64,000 bases of DNA, taken from contig OZ218960.1 of NCBI GenBank assembly GCA_965112735.1, positions 1,116,001 to 1,180,000 of the forward strand. The letters run 5' to 3'. A program made the translations under genes and the position numbers. How positions within the stretch are numbered: position 1 is the first letter of the stretch; each line of letters opens with the position of its first letter. Below are positions 1-19,759 of this stretch, piece by piece. Below the pieces are notes generated by a model. The model ran no database searches. It saw only the letters and a list, made by a program, of their open reading frames with translations, and was not told the origin of the DNA. The stretch is from Phaeosaccion multiseriatum. Lineage: Eukaryota > Protista > Ochrophyta, other classes.

Positions 1-1826
1 ACGCGCCTTCCTACCCATACAGTTTCCCACCCACTCTCTTCCCCTCCTCGCCCTCACTCCCTTCCCCTCACACCCCCCTCCCCCACCCTGCCCACTCACT
101 CTCCTCCCCCCTCACTCCCTTCCTCTCACACCCTGCCTGCCCTCCCCCTTCCCTTCACTCCCTCCCCCCTCACACACCCCCCACAGCGCTCACCCCCAAT
201 GGAAGAGGCAGGATTCCAAGTGGTCCCTCCAATCTGTGCGTCGTAGTCTGAGAGAGTGGAGAACCCCTCAGAGGAGGGGAGGGTTGCGGTCAAGCTGTGG
301 TCCAGACCACCGCCATTGCCACTGCCTCCTCTGGAGAGGGTGGTGGCGGGTGACATCAACCGCCTGGAGGGAGATGCACCACCCGCCATGCCGGTGTTGA
401 CTGCTTGGTGGTACGGTGTGTGGGTGTGTGGGTGTGTGGGTGTGTGGGTGGCGGTGTGGGGAGCGATGCGGTGGTGGGTGGGTGGGGGTCGGGTAGGGGG
501 AGAGAAAGGAGAAGAGAGGAGGAGAGGAGGGAGGAGGTGGGGAGGGGAGGGGAGGGGGATGAGGAGGAGGACACAGGAGGACGGCTAACCCATACATCGG
601 CCCATACAGCCCTACCCACCCACCCACCCACCCACCCACCCACCCTTCCTGCCTCCGTCCTTCGTGACTTACGCACACCCCCATATGCTTCTTTACTGAC
701 TTACTCACCCCCGACTCCGAAGGGCCTGTTGCAGGAGAGGCACTTGGAGGACAAGAGCATCTTGCCATCGCCGCTGTTCATTGCTTGCATGAGGGTTTGA
801 ATACGTGTCTGTTCCAGTTGGTAGCGAAGCTTTTGGATCTCCGCCTCTATGAGTTGTCATTTGTGAGAAGGTGGGAAGTAAGCACATGGCCATTCCGGTC
901 TCTTCCTACCCTGGCCCTCACTCACTCACTCACACACACACACGCACGTGTACGCACTCACTCACTCACACTCACTCACTCACATACTCATACTCATTCA
1001 CTCACGCACTCACACACGCACGCACGTACGCCCTCCTTCACTCACTCACGCACGCACTCACTTATTACTCACTCACTGAATCGCGTCACCTCACTTCACT
1101 TGACTGCACTCACTCACTCACCCCTGGGCTTGCTGGTCTGCACATGCGTGGCCAGCGTGCTGATTCGCTTATGCTGGGCGGTGGCAGCTTGACCCAACCG
1201 GACCTTTTGTCGGAGGATGGCAGTGGATGGGAAGGGAGGAATGGCAGTGGATGGGAAGGGAGGGGTGTAAAGGTGTACCCCTACCGCTGTGTCACCACCT
1301 TGCTGCTTGCTACTGCTGCTGCCTCCCGCATGCCTGTGCCTGCCCCTGCCCATATGCCTGCTCCTCCTTACCTCCATCTCCTCGAGGACGTCGTCGATTT
1401 TCTTGACGCTCGCCTTGCTCGTGAGCTCCCGACGCACCATCTCGAAGGTGGACTGAGGGAGAGAGTGAGATGGAGATGAAGGGTCAACAAAGAGGGAGGG
1501 GAAGAGTGTGTGTGTGTGTGGGTGTGGGTGTGGGTGGGTGGGTGGGTGTGCGTATGTGTGTGTGTATGTGTGTGTTGTGTGTGTGTGTGACAGAGAGAGA
1601 GGAGGGGGGGGGGGGGGGGTGAGTGTGATGGCGTATAAGGGATTTTACTGACTTGAAGGAATCAACCGAACAATAACGTGTGTGGGTATGTGAGTATGAG
1701 GAGGATAAAGAGAAGGGAGAGAGAGAGAGTATGATGAAGAGTCACAGCAGTGGAGAGGCGGACAGGGAGAGTGAAAGAGAGAGAGAGAGTGACGGACAGA
1801 GAGAGAGAAAAGAGAGAGAGAAGAGG

Positions 1827-1890
<64 letters not shown>

Positions 1891-2241
1891 AGAGGGAGAG
1901 AGAAAGAGAGAAAGAGAGAGAGATAGAGCCAGAGGGAGAGACAGACCGAAAGAGGCCGAAAGAGGAGAGTCAGCGGCACCCTCACCTGCAGGCTCGCCAC
2001 ATCTCCCTCCAACGCCTTCACCATATCCCCCCTCGCCACATCGTTGTCAAACTCTTCAATCATGAGCTTGACATTGTCTTGGAAAAAGGTCATCTGCTGC
2101 TCCATCATCCTCATTTGGTCCCTCACACCGTCGGTCCCTTCCCGCATAACGGATGTAACTGTCTTTTGCTGCTTCTCGAGGTGCATTTGGATGGTGCTTT
2201 CAACGTCCAAGAGGTAGCCTTGGAGCTTCACCGCGAGCATG

Positions 2242-2282
<41 letters not shown>

Positions 2283-4106
2283 GAGAGTGTGTGTGTGTGT
2301 TGTGTGTGTGTGAAAGAGATAGAGTGTGTGGGTTGTGTGTGTGCGTGGGTGTGTGTGTGTGTGTGTGTGTGTGCATGTGCGTGTGTGGGCATGTGTGTGT
2401 TTGTGTGGTGGTTAGGGGGTCGGTATGTGTGTGCTGCTCTCTCCGCCAACTGCCTCAAAGCCTCACTGCCTCACTGCCTCACTTACAAGCTGAGCATCCG
2501 TAACCCCCCCCCCGTGGAGCGGCAAGGCTCATATAATGAAACTGAAACTCACTAGCTACGCCTCATCAACTGAAACTGAAACTCACTAGCTACCCCTCAT
2601 AAACTGAAACTGAAACTCACTGCCACCCCTTATACCCCTCACCCGTGGAGGTGCATCCATCGAGCGCACACTGCAAGGCCTGTCCGAAGATCTCGAGGCC
2701 GTCGCTGAACGTGTACGTCTTGCGGTCCACATCGCGATAGTAAGCGTACCTGGAGAGGGAGGGAAGGGGGGGGGGGAGGAGGGAAGGATTTGCTTGTTGT
2801 TGTTTCAGCTTTGTGAGCTTCAGTATTGTGAGTTCGAGGGTTGATTTCCCCTTTTTAGTGAATGCGTTTGGCCCTCTTTGTAGGTAACAAATATATACAT
2901 ATATACTACGAAGTACGTGCATTTGGCCCTCTTTGTAGGTAACAAATATATACATATATACTACGAAGTACGTGCATTTGGCCCTCTTTGTAGGTAACAA
3001 ATATATACATATATACTACGAAGTACGTGCATTTGGCCCTCTTTGTAGGTAACAAATATATACATATATACTACGAAGTACGTGCAATTGGCCCTCTTTG
3101 TAGGTAACAAATATATACATATATACTACGAAGTACGTGCAATTGGCCCTCTTTGTAGGTAACAAATATATACATATATATACTACGAAGTACGTGTATT
3201 TGGCCCTCTCTCCACTCACTTGGTCAATCGCCCGAAGAGCTCGGCGGCCTCCGTCACGGCCTTGATGGCCTCTTCGGCGGACTCCTGTCCCTGAGCATCC
3301 GTGCTGCTACCTTCTTGCATGGCGACGATTTGCTCGCGTGCTTGATCGCGTGACGTATTCGACATTCTCAGCAGCTCGAACACGGCAAGGCTAAGGTCAG
3401 CCGCCTGTGGAAGAGGACACAACGACACGGCACGGCACATGGGGTCGGGGGGGGGGGGAGGGAGGGGAGCGGAGGGAATGAGCAACTACTGCACCCTCCT
3501 GCACCCTGCCCCTCCTCCTCCTCCTCCTGCTCCTCCTCCTGCTCCCCCTCCTCCTCCTCCTGCTCCTCCTCCTCCGCCTCCTCCTCCTCCTCCTCCTCCT
3601 CCTCCCCCTCCTCCTCCCCCTCCCCCTCCTCCTCCTCCTCCTCCTCCTCCTCCTCCTTACCCTCCTCCTCCTCCTCCTCCTCCTCCTCCTCCCCCTCCTC
3701 CTCCTCCTCCTCCTCCTTCTCCTCCTCCTCCTCCTCCTCCTTCTTCTTCTTCTTCTTACCCTCTCGTAGAAGTCCAGGGAGCGCGCGTCATTGGCCTTGA
3801 AGCTCCGAGCCAGCTGAATGCAGTCGCCCATCCACGCCTCGAGCTGTTGACTCTGCTTGCTGACGTCAGTCAGCTGATGACCGAGGGGGGTCAGTTCTTC
3901 AGGCAAGAGCTTCCCGTCCTTGCCGCTGATCTTCTCGAAGGCCTGAGGAGGGGATGGCAGTGGATGGGGGAGGAGGGGTAGTGGAAGGCAGTTGATGGAG
4001 GGGGGTCACGTGAATACGAGAGATGAGTTGAGGGAGGAAGGGAAAGAGACACTCAAAGACGGAGAGAGAGGGAGACTGAGGTAGAGAGGGAGAGAGAGAG
4101 AGAGGG

Positions 4107-4150
<44 letters not shown>

Positions 4151-5368
4151 GGGAGAGAGAGATGGAGGGGGAGAGGGAGACTAAGGCGGAGAGGGAGAGA
4201 GAGAGAGGTAGAGAGAGAAGAGGGCGGGAGGGAGGGAGGGAGGGAGGGAGGGAGGGAGGGAGGGAGGAAGGGAGGGAGGGAGGGAGGGAGGGAGGGAGGG
4301 AGGGAGAGCTCGTGGTGCTCCTCTCGGTGATAGTTGTGACGCTACTGTATCACCACCTGCTACAGCTGCTGCAGATAGTGGTGGATGGATGGGTGGGTGG
4401 GTGGGTGCATGCGTGCTTACCGTGATCATGGACCGGAGCTCCATCTTGAGGTTCATAAGCGCATTGTGCACAAACTCCAGACGTCTGTCCTCGATCCTCG
4501 CAAGCTTGAAGGTGAGGTTGTCGAGCTCAGCACCGTGGGCAGCGCTGCTCTCCTGCTCGGTTCATAGGTGGGGGAGGGGGGGGGGGGGGAGAGGGAGATA
4601 GGGAGACAGTGGGGGGGGGGGGGTCAGATTGAGAAAACATCGCGCGTTGCCATACGCACGCACGCACGCACGCACGCACGCCCCCATCCACGCATCCACC
4701 CACTGACTTACTACTCACCTCGATGGTTTTGTGCAGGGCGTGCAGCTGGGTCTGTAGGCCGGTGGAGCGGCGTTCTGCAGAGGTGGCGTGGGACTGGATT
4801 AAGTCTTCGACCTTGTTGCCGATGCAGTCCAGCACCTAAGGGTATATGGTAGAGATGTACGGGAAGGTGTATGGGTCAGTGTGCAGGTAGGTGTATGGGC
4901 AGGTGTATGGGCAGGCGTAGGGGTAGGCGTATGGGCAGGTGTATGGGCACGCATATGGGCAGGTGTATGGGTAGGTGTATGGGCAGGTGTATGGGCAGGC
5001 ATCAGGGCAGGTGTATGGGTAGGTGTATGGGCAGGTGTATGGGTAGGTTTAGGGGTAGGAGTATGGGCAGGTGTATGAGCAGGTTTATGGGCAGTCATAT
5101 GGGCAGGTGTATGGGCCAGGTGTATGGGCAGGTGTATGGGCAGGCATATAGGTAGGTTATGGGCAGGCATATGGGTGGGTACATGGGTAGATGTATGGGT
5201 AGAGGTGCTCGGGCAGGTGTACGGGCAGGTGTGTGGGCAGGCACATGGGCGGACATATGGGCAGGCATATGGGTAGGTGTATGGGCAGGCATATGAGCAG
5301 GCGTATAGGCAGGTGCGTATGGGCCGGTGCATGAGCAGGTAAACAGGCCGGCAGGCATTCACGCGCAC

Positions 5369-5416
<48 letters not shown>

Positions 5417-5877
5417 TCTGCTTGAAGCCAAGGATGGGTACAAAGTCCGCTGTCTTGGTGCTAATCAACTCCTCCAGCGCCGGCGACAAGTCTCCCAACG
5501 GCCCTACCGGAGAGGTGTCGCCTCCCTCCGGCGAGGGTTGAGAGTGCCCATGGCCAGAAGAAGGGTGGCCATGAGCAGAAGAGGGCACGGAGGAAGCGGA
5601 GGTTGGGGTACCTGCTCTGGTGTGTGGGTTAGACCAAGGCGTGCCCGCCCGAGAAGCCGCAGACGCCGCTGGCCGCATGCCTTGCTCCATCACCTGAGGA
5701 GGAGGAGGAGGAGGAGGAGGAGGAGGCGGGGGGAGGGGAGGGGGGAGGGGTCGTGTTTATTCAGTTCCTCTTGTAATCATCAGTGTGTTTATGGAGGTGA
5801 CGAGTGTAACGACTCGTTTGTCGTGACGGGATGGTGCGTGTACGAGCCCACTGCGAGCGCTGTTGCTCCTCCTCCTC

Positions 5878-5908
<31 letters not shown>

Positions 5909-6721
5909 TCCTCCTCCCCCTCCTCCTCCTCCCCTCTCCTTACCTGTACCCTCTTGAGTAGTGCCGTCATGAGCATCGCTGGGCTCTGTGCCAGCTGCTC
6001 ATCGGCGGCTGAGCTTTCCCCTGCTCCGCTCCCCTTGCCTGCCTCCTCCGCTCTCCGACCCTTTCGCCGGACCTTTCGACTTTCGAGGTCCTTGACGCGC
6101 CCCTCGCCGCTCATTTGACTCCTAACGTTGTTCACCTCCCTGTTGGTCGCGGCGATTTTCGCAAACGAAGACAGTACAGGTGCCGTTGCATCACCGACTG
6201 CTGCATCACCACCTGCTGCGGGCTGTGCCGGCGTGCTGCCATCTGCTGCCATCCCTCCGCCGGCCCCTGATGCAGGGCTGGGACAAGTTTGTGCCTCTGC
6301 TGCTCCATTCGCGACTGCTGAATCACCAACCACTGCAGACCTCGTCTTGTCAGTCGCCGTCGTCGCTACCCCATCCTCCCCGTTCTTCTTCTTCTTCTTC
6401 TTCTTCTTCTTCTTCTCCTCCTCCTCCTCCTCGTCCTCCTCCTCCTTCTTCTTCTTCTTCTTCTTCTTCTTCTTCTCCTCCTCCTCCTCCTCTGCGAACA
6501 TCTCTTTCATGATGCAATCTGTGACCTCCTTCTCATGCTGTCCTTCCTCCTGGCGAAGGGAGAGCTCTTCCCTCCACCACTTTTGAATGGTGAGTGAAGC
6601 CCACACGTCTGAGGGCATTCGTCGCCATCCCTCAGGCTTGTACGGGTGGCTGTGTGATAGACTCACCTGTGGAGTTGAATTGAAATGAATTATGTATTGG
6701 GGGTGGGCACAGACAAAATAT

Positions 6722-6804
<83 letters not shown>

Positions 6805-7049
6805 CGCAGCAAGCAACCAATCAACCAGCATCCGTACTACTTACTGACTATCTGACTCACTGACTCACTGATTCACTGACTTACCCAGTTGTGGAGTATC
6901 CTGCTGGCCTTGCCCATATCCCACATGCTTGCAATCTGATGCATGTCCTCCTCCATCTTGGCCATGCGGCTCTCCAACTGGCGTAGCATGCCGTGCTCCA
7001 CCTGGCGTGTATGACCAGCCGTTCAATCAATCCATATCAACCAACCAAC

Positions 7050-7085
<36 letters not shown>

Positions 7086-8839
7086 TAGTCAGTCAATCAG
7101 TCCATTGGGCCACAGAAGCACCAGGGGGGGGGGACATCAGCGGATGAGGGGGGCAGCGAGTGGGTGGATGGCAGTGGGTGGCAGTGGATGGCAGTGGATG
7201 ACAGCAAATGGCACTGGATGGCAGCGAATGACAACAAATAGGGGGGCAGCGAGAGACGTGTAGCAAGGCAGCTTAGAACTCCCCCTCTTCCCTTCCCTCC
7301 CCGTACCTTGACGGCCTCGATATTGCTGCTCAGTCTCGACGGTTTCCTCTGGAATCTCGAGCTCATGGGCAAGGTTACTATTGACTCGCTATCCGACCCC
7401 CCTGCCCCCCCCCCTGCTGCCGATCCCTCGCGATACTCCCTCCCGCGCCCGCTATGCCCCCCGCCCCCACCCCCCACGCTGCCGTGATGATGATGACCAT
7501 GCTTCCCTCCTCTCTCTTCTCCTGCCTCACCCCCCTCGCCGGAGTATTGGGATTGAAAAGAGCTACCCCGTCTGTGGATCCCTCGGCTCCCACTGCCACC
7601 GTTCGTGGTTCCATCAAAATCGCCGCTGTCGTAACTTCCTCCACTCGTAAAAGAAGCTGTAGACCCGCGACTCCCCGAGCCTCCAGGACCAGCGCCCACC
7701 CTCTCCTCGTGCGAGCCGGCGCCTCTTCCTCCTCCCTCGCGTGATGCGCGTGAGGCCGTCCTACTATGGCCCACATGTCCCTCTTCTTCTTCGCTCTCCT
7801 CGCGCTCCTCCCACTTCCAATGTACGCCTTCCTGACCGCTTTCCCAGTCATTGTCGCTGTCCTTGTCAAGGTCACCAGCCTCATGCTCCCCCCCCTGTCT
7901 CGCTTTCTCTCTTAGGTCCTTAAGCTTTCGTTTCCTCTTTTTCACCTTTTTAGGGTGGTGTTGTCCTCCCTGCTGACTGTTATTGGACTGCTGTGACTCG
8001 TGTACGCCCTCACCGCCGCGCGAAAATTGACCTCTTTGCAGCTGCTGCCTCCTGCTCTGCCCTCTGCTCTGCCCTCTGCTCTGCCCTCGACTGCTTGCTC
8101 TGGAACTGATCGTCCGAGCCGACGGTAGACCGCCACTCCCGTCAACTCCTCCCTCACCCCTTGTGGCTGCTCGCTCGTCCTCCTCTCCCTTCCTCCCATC
8201 ATCTTCGTAGCGTTGATCTCCGCCGATCATGGACGGCCCTAGCACCTCCTCCTCCAGGCAACCGATGCGGTCGTCAAACGCTTCAAGCACTTCTTCTCGC
8301 AGGCCCTCGAAAGACAGCATCTGCTGCTCCATCAGGTGCTGGATCACAGACCCAAACAAGTCCGCCTGGGCCAGGGCGTTCTTCCTCAAGCCGTTGAGGT
8401 CTGGGGCGAGCCCCAGTACCGCTCCCCCATCACTACTGCGGCGCCGCCGGCCACTACTTCCCCGACGAGCGTGTTCCATGTCGTAGTCCGACCCTCTTCC
8501 ATAAGACGACTCGTCCTCCTCCTCCCCGATCCAGTCTTCCTCTCCCTGTCGGGGGGCGGCTCTTCTTCCTCCGCCATAAGCACCCGTGCCTGTCTCCGCT
8601 CCGAGACTTTCTCCAGTCCCATCCCCACCACCATACCCACTAGTGCCTGTCTCCCCTCCGAGGCTCTCCGGGTCGATCATGGATTGCGTCGTTGTGATGG
8701 AGGCAAGTGCATCCGCATCGAAGTCCTCTGGTGGGGGTGGCTCGCCGTCCACCGCCGCTTTGGGAGTGTACAAGTCTCCCTCGGCAATGCCTCCTCCTTC
8801 CTGTAGGGAGTCCTGCTCGATCGGCGCCCCCTCATTCAT
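1..8839 (-). CDS. Large multi-exon coiled-coil protein with C-terminal CLSCxRP motif (QRICH2/C16orf96/DUF4795-like); 3' end probably beyond left window edge
   Basis: ATG at 8839 (MNEGAPIEQ). GT-AG-bounded exons near 8839-7307, 6667-5944, 5693-5415, 4835-4719, 4567-4420, 3942-3759, 3404-3220, 2748-2622, 2240-1986, 1453-1371, 1204-1123 and ~780-705 encode heptad-rich helices, an IQ-like SLTIQKWWRE and KMLLSSKCLSCNRPF. Boundaries approximate. Confidence 0.6.
2536..2620. repeat. ~40-bp imperfect tandem repeat (GAAACTGAAACTCACTAGCTAC...) at an intron 5' end, reiterating a GTGAGT donor-like site on the minus strand
   Basis: Three aactgaaactcact units visible. Confidence 0.7.
2867..3208. repeat. 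55-bp AT-rich intronic tandem repeat, ~6 copies
   Basis: Unit tttggccctctttgtaggtaacaaatatatacatatatactacgaagtacgtgca starts at 2867, 2922, 2977 etc. Confidence 0.95.
4868..5330. repeat. 12-bp intronic minisatellite (GTATGGGCAGGT)n
   Basis: Degenerate tandem array of tatgggcaggtg units. Confidence 0.9.
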
Positions 8840-9121
8840 GTTTCTTCCTGTGTTCGCTCTTCTCTGTCGCGGTCGATAGCGTCGTCTTCGGGGCACTGGC
8901 CGCCACCGGAAAAGCGAAACGCCCTGTGACTCGCGACTGCTTGCGACTACCAACTTGCATGCTGCCCATCCCCGCGGCTGAAAAGCACGTGGGAAAAACT
9001 AAAAAAAAGAAACGGGAAACGTGGGAATAGTCGAGTGAGAGTGAGAGAGGAGGAGGGAGGGAGAGAGCGAGCGAGAGACTTTGGGATAATCGAGAGCGAG
9101 TGGTGGGCAAAGTGGTGAAAA

Positions 9122-10414
9122 ATGGTTCGAATCAGCAACAAGAAGAGACGGAGGGGAACACCGAAGGTTACAAAGGCGGCCAAGAACAACTTCTTCTACA
9201 AGAAGCCCCAGTTCACAAACGATACTGTAAAGGTAAGACTATGTGTGTGTTTCTTTTTCCCTATCACTGCCCCACTCCCTCTTTTCTCTCTTTGCCCTTT
9301 TCCCTCTTCATGAAAGGCCCGCCTGCGTCCCCGCCCCCCCCGCCCTCCAAACCTTTACGTTACGCCACCACCTCTCTTATCTACCTACCTACCTACCTAC
9401 CTGCCCCCTACTGCTCTGTCTTCCCCCTCTGTCTGCGCGACTCAGGGCCAATGGAACCCGCGCCTGTCTGCGACTCAGAACATGGCTAAGATGGGACTGC
9501 AGCACAAGGCCAATAGCAAGGGCGGGGGCAAAGGAGAAGGGGCGGACGCGGTTGAGTTCTTCGGTTAGTCTTCTCATTCTCAGATCCGCAAATTGTGCAG
9601 AGGAAGGAAGGAAGGAAGGCATCACTGCCACAACCCCTTACACCCTTCAGCAGGGAAAGAAGAGAGAGAGCCTGCACAGAGATGCTTCGTCGTCTTCAGT
9701 GTAATACGTCATGGTCCCTTCCTCGTGTTGCATGAGACTGAGTGGGCGCCGAGGGAGGGAGGGGGGGGGGGACATTCCACCGACAGGTTTTTGATGTGGG
9801 CGTGGGAGTGTGCGTTACGTGAATGGGGGGGGTCTAGTCATGGCAAGCAAAGCGTCACTCCTGTACCCGTGCTACCGAGGAAGGAGTTTTGCCCCTACCC
9901 TCCATCCCTCCCTCCCATCGTCCGTCCTTCTCTGCCTCACTCCATGCTCCCTCCCCCCCTCGACCCCTGCTATAGACGTAACGGAGGACAGCGGTGATCT
10001 CGATGCCATGGCACGCAACCCCCGGCGCAACCCCATGTCGGAGGAAGACCAGCTCTACGTCAGCAGGTACGTGTGTTATTCCGCACGGAAGGTTTTTGGG
10101 TGTGGTTCTAACTCGCCCCAGGAGGCTTCCTCTCTCTAACACCATCCATGGCCATCCATGGCCATCCATTGCCATCCATCCATCCATCCATCCGTCCGTC
10201 CATTGCCATCTTGTCAGGCTAATGGCCAAGCACGGGGAGGACTACTACGCAATGCAGATGGACCTCAAGACGAACCCGCAGCAGGTATGCCGTACAGTAC
10301 GAGTTTGATTTTGAGTGTCGAACAAATGTCGATATATCGATCAGCTCTATCGATCAGATGTATCGATCCAGAGCTCACGGCTCACACGAACGCCTCCGAG
10401 GGTACACACAGGCG

Positions 10415-10481
<67 letters not shown>

Positions 10482-10901
10482 AAATGCTTCTCGCACTCGC
10501 ACTTAGAGTGCCATCCACCAACAAAAACATACCCTTACATGACATTGCAGAACATGGCATGGCATGGCCTTTCTTTCTCCGCCTCCTCCTCCTTCTTTAT
10601 CTTCCTTTTTAGTGGCTCATGTTTCCCCCGTCTGTCGCGGCTTGCCGCTCCTGTGTTCTCTCTGCCTCTGTCTCTCTCTCTCTCTCTCTCTCTTTCCCTC
10701 TGTCTCTCCCATATCTTTCTCTTCCTCTCTGTCTGTCAGCACCCGGAGAAGAAGCTGAAGCGGCTGTGCCTGTTTTTCAAGGACCTTCCGGAGCAGTGGC
10801 GGGTTGTGGATGTGCCCGAGCCAGTGAGCAGCAGCAAGGGTAGCAAGAGCAAGAGCAGGAGCAGTGGCAGTAGCAGCAGCAAGAGAAAGCAGAAATTATG
10901 A
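9122..10901 (+). CDS. NOP16: Ribosome biogenesis protein Nop16, 5 exons (9122-9232, 9446-9563, 9977-10067, 10218-10283, 10740-10901)
   Basis: Spliced product MVRISNKKRR...KGQWNPRLSATQNMAKMGL...MSEEDQLYVSRLMAKHGEDYYAMQMDLKTNPQQHPEKKLKRL matches the Nop16 motifs W..x.T..QN...GL and KHG.DY.AM..D.K.N..Q. Confidence 0.88.
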
Positions 10902-11222
10902 TCACGAGACCTCTGTCCCTCACCCCGTATTGTACGGTGGTCCTACGTAATCTTACGCCTCACGTTACGTGAGAAAAAGGCAGATGTAAAAAAAGAAGCC
11001 ATGTTTGTTGCCTCTCCATTTTAATGAACAGTATATTGAGTTATACCATACGCGTACCTAAAGTATATGTTACGCACAATTTCGCTGCATTGCGCGTCAG
11101 AATGACGCACGCACGCCCCCGTGCGTACACCATCTTGGGTCATTGGCGACCATCCGCCGCCCGCTGCTCTTCCCCGCCCTCTCTTCCCCCTCCCCCTCAC
11201 TCTCACCCCTTCCCCCCGCCTC

Positions 11223-11275
<53 letters not shown>

Positions 11276-11351
11276 AATTCTTCCCCGTTGTGCGCTCAAT
11301 TCAAGGCCCTCACACGCACGACCACAGACGCTTCCGAGTCAGTCCACTAAG

Positions 11352-11420
<69 letters not shown>

Positions 11421-11968
11421 TCACACAACACAGAACACACACAACACACCATAGAGGAATAGCCACATAAAGAGCCACACAACTACAACTACCCACGACC
11501 ACAACCGTATACCTACGGATGCCTACGGATGCCTACGGATGCTAACGGATGCCCAAACACCCCCGTACGGCACCCAACAACAACAACAACAAACTACAGT
11601 ACACACATAACAAAAATACAGAGCAAGCAACCAGGGCACCCACCGAATGCGATGGATGGTTCCCTCGGGAGGCCGAAAACAAAGGAATGCCATGCGCTAC
11701 CCAAAAGATTCCACAGACAGACACACAGCTCCGGACCAAAGTGTTTTTGTGCCCACCCCTTGCCATCAACTGCCATCAGCTGCGACCTTTTGCCATCCGC
11801 TGCCATCCACTGCCGCCCCTTGTCATCCGCTACCATCCACCGTAATCCGTGGGTCTGGCTGCGTGCGGTCTTGCCTCGTGGCGCAACCCCTCCCCTCCCT
11901 CCTCTCCCACAGCTGCTGCTCGTTCTATAGAGCGCGCTGTTGAGCCATGACAGAGAGTTGCTACAAGC

Positions 11969-18689
<6,721 letters not shown>

Positions 18690-19759
18690 ACGCCAACGCC
18701 CCTCCTACACCCCGCTCCCCTCGATCCTGTCGTAGCCTCTAGTTTCGCGACAGTTCTCCTCGCGCTAAGCCAGCGACGAGACGAGGTAGCACTACTCAGC
18801 AGAGGTGGGTGCACCTTCCAACGACCCCAAACACTACCGGTTCTATCCCAAACTCCGTCCCACCACTTCTACAGCCTCCCTGCTCCTCCCGAGAGCAGAC
18901 CAGGTCCTCGACAATCGCCCGCCGTCAATCCAGCGGCCGTCGCCCTTCAAACGGACAGATGTTAAGAAATCCACCTCCACGGTCTTCCCTACCACTTGGG
19001 GGCCATTCCGCTTGGAACGCAGCTCTCCTTAGAACGCCTTTGCTACGTGTGATAACGCACCAGATACGCGCCACCCTCCGGACGTTGTGGCGAGGATAGC
19101 GTTGTTCTCTCCTGGAACACCGCACTGGAGAGCTACGAAGGCAGGATTTATCCTATGTGAAAAACGGCCTGCCAGAGGTTTCAGGCCGAGGTTTCATTGG
19201 GGCTAAGCAATTGGAACTCAAATTCACCCCTCCTGTGGCAAAACTACTTGGATTTCCTCTCGCCGCTGGCACTGGCTGCGTTGGGGTGATGGAGTGCTCC
19301 TTGTGTGCTCTGATGACTGATGAGTGCTTTTGTCGGCGAAAGGGTGTCAACAGTTCCCTATTGTAGCCGGGTTACACGATCATCCGCTATCCGCTGTCGC
19401 CGGCGAGCCAGCCGGCGCGCTATCCGCTATCGAGAATGTGGGCGTTAGTGCATCAGGGGTTGATTACACAGGAGGAGAAGAAAGAGTTGGCATACTCACA
19501 CCCAATTCAGTAGATTCGCGTTGGCAACGTCCTTCCGTCCTTCCTTCCGTCCCTCCCTCCCTGCCTCCCTTCCTCCCTGCCTCCCTCCTTCCTTCCTTCC
19601 TTGCCATGTCTCTCTCCGTCCCTCCCTCCCTTCCTTCCTTCCTTCCTTCCTTCCTTCCTTCCTTCCTTCCTTCCTTCCTACCTACCTATGCTCAGAGGGT
19701 GGTGGGCTTAACAACTAGCCCCTACCGACCGGAGATGTGCAGATCCTTGGCAGGCGTAT

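Noticed and set aside
2867-3208. Regular repeat arrays (also 32082-32556 and 15770-16380) as CRISPR-like arrays
   Set aside because: Head-to-tail units with no unique spacers, located in introns, and no cas genes.
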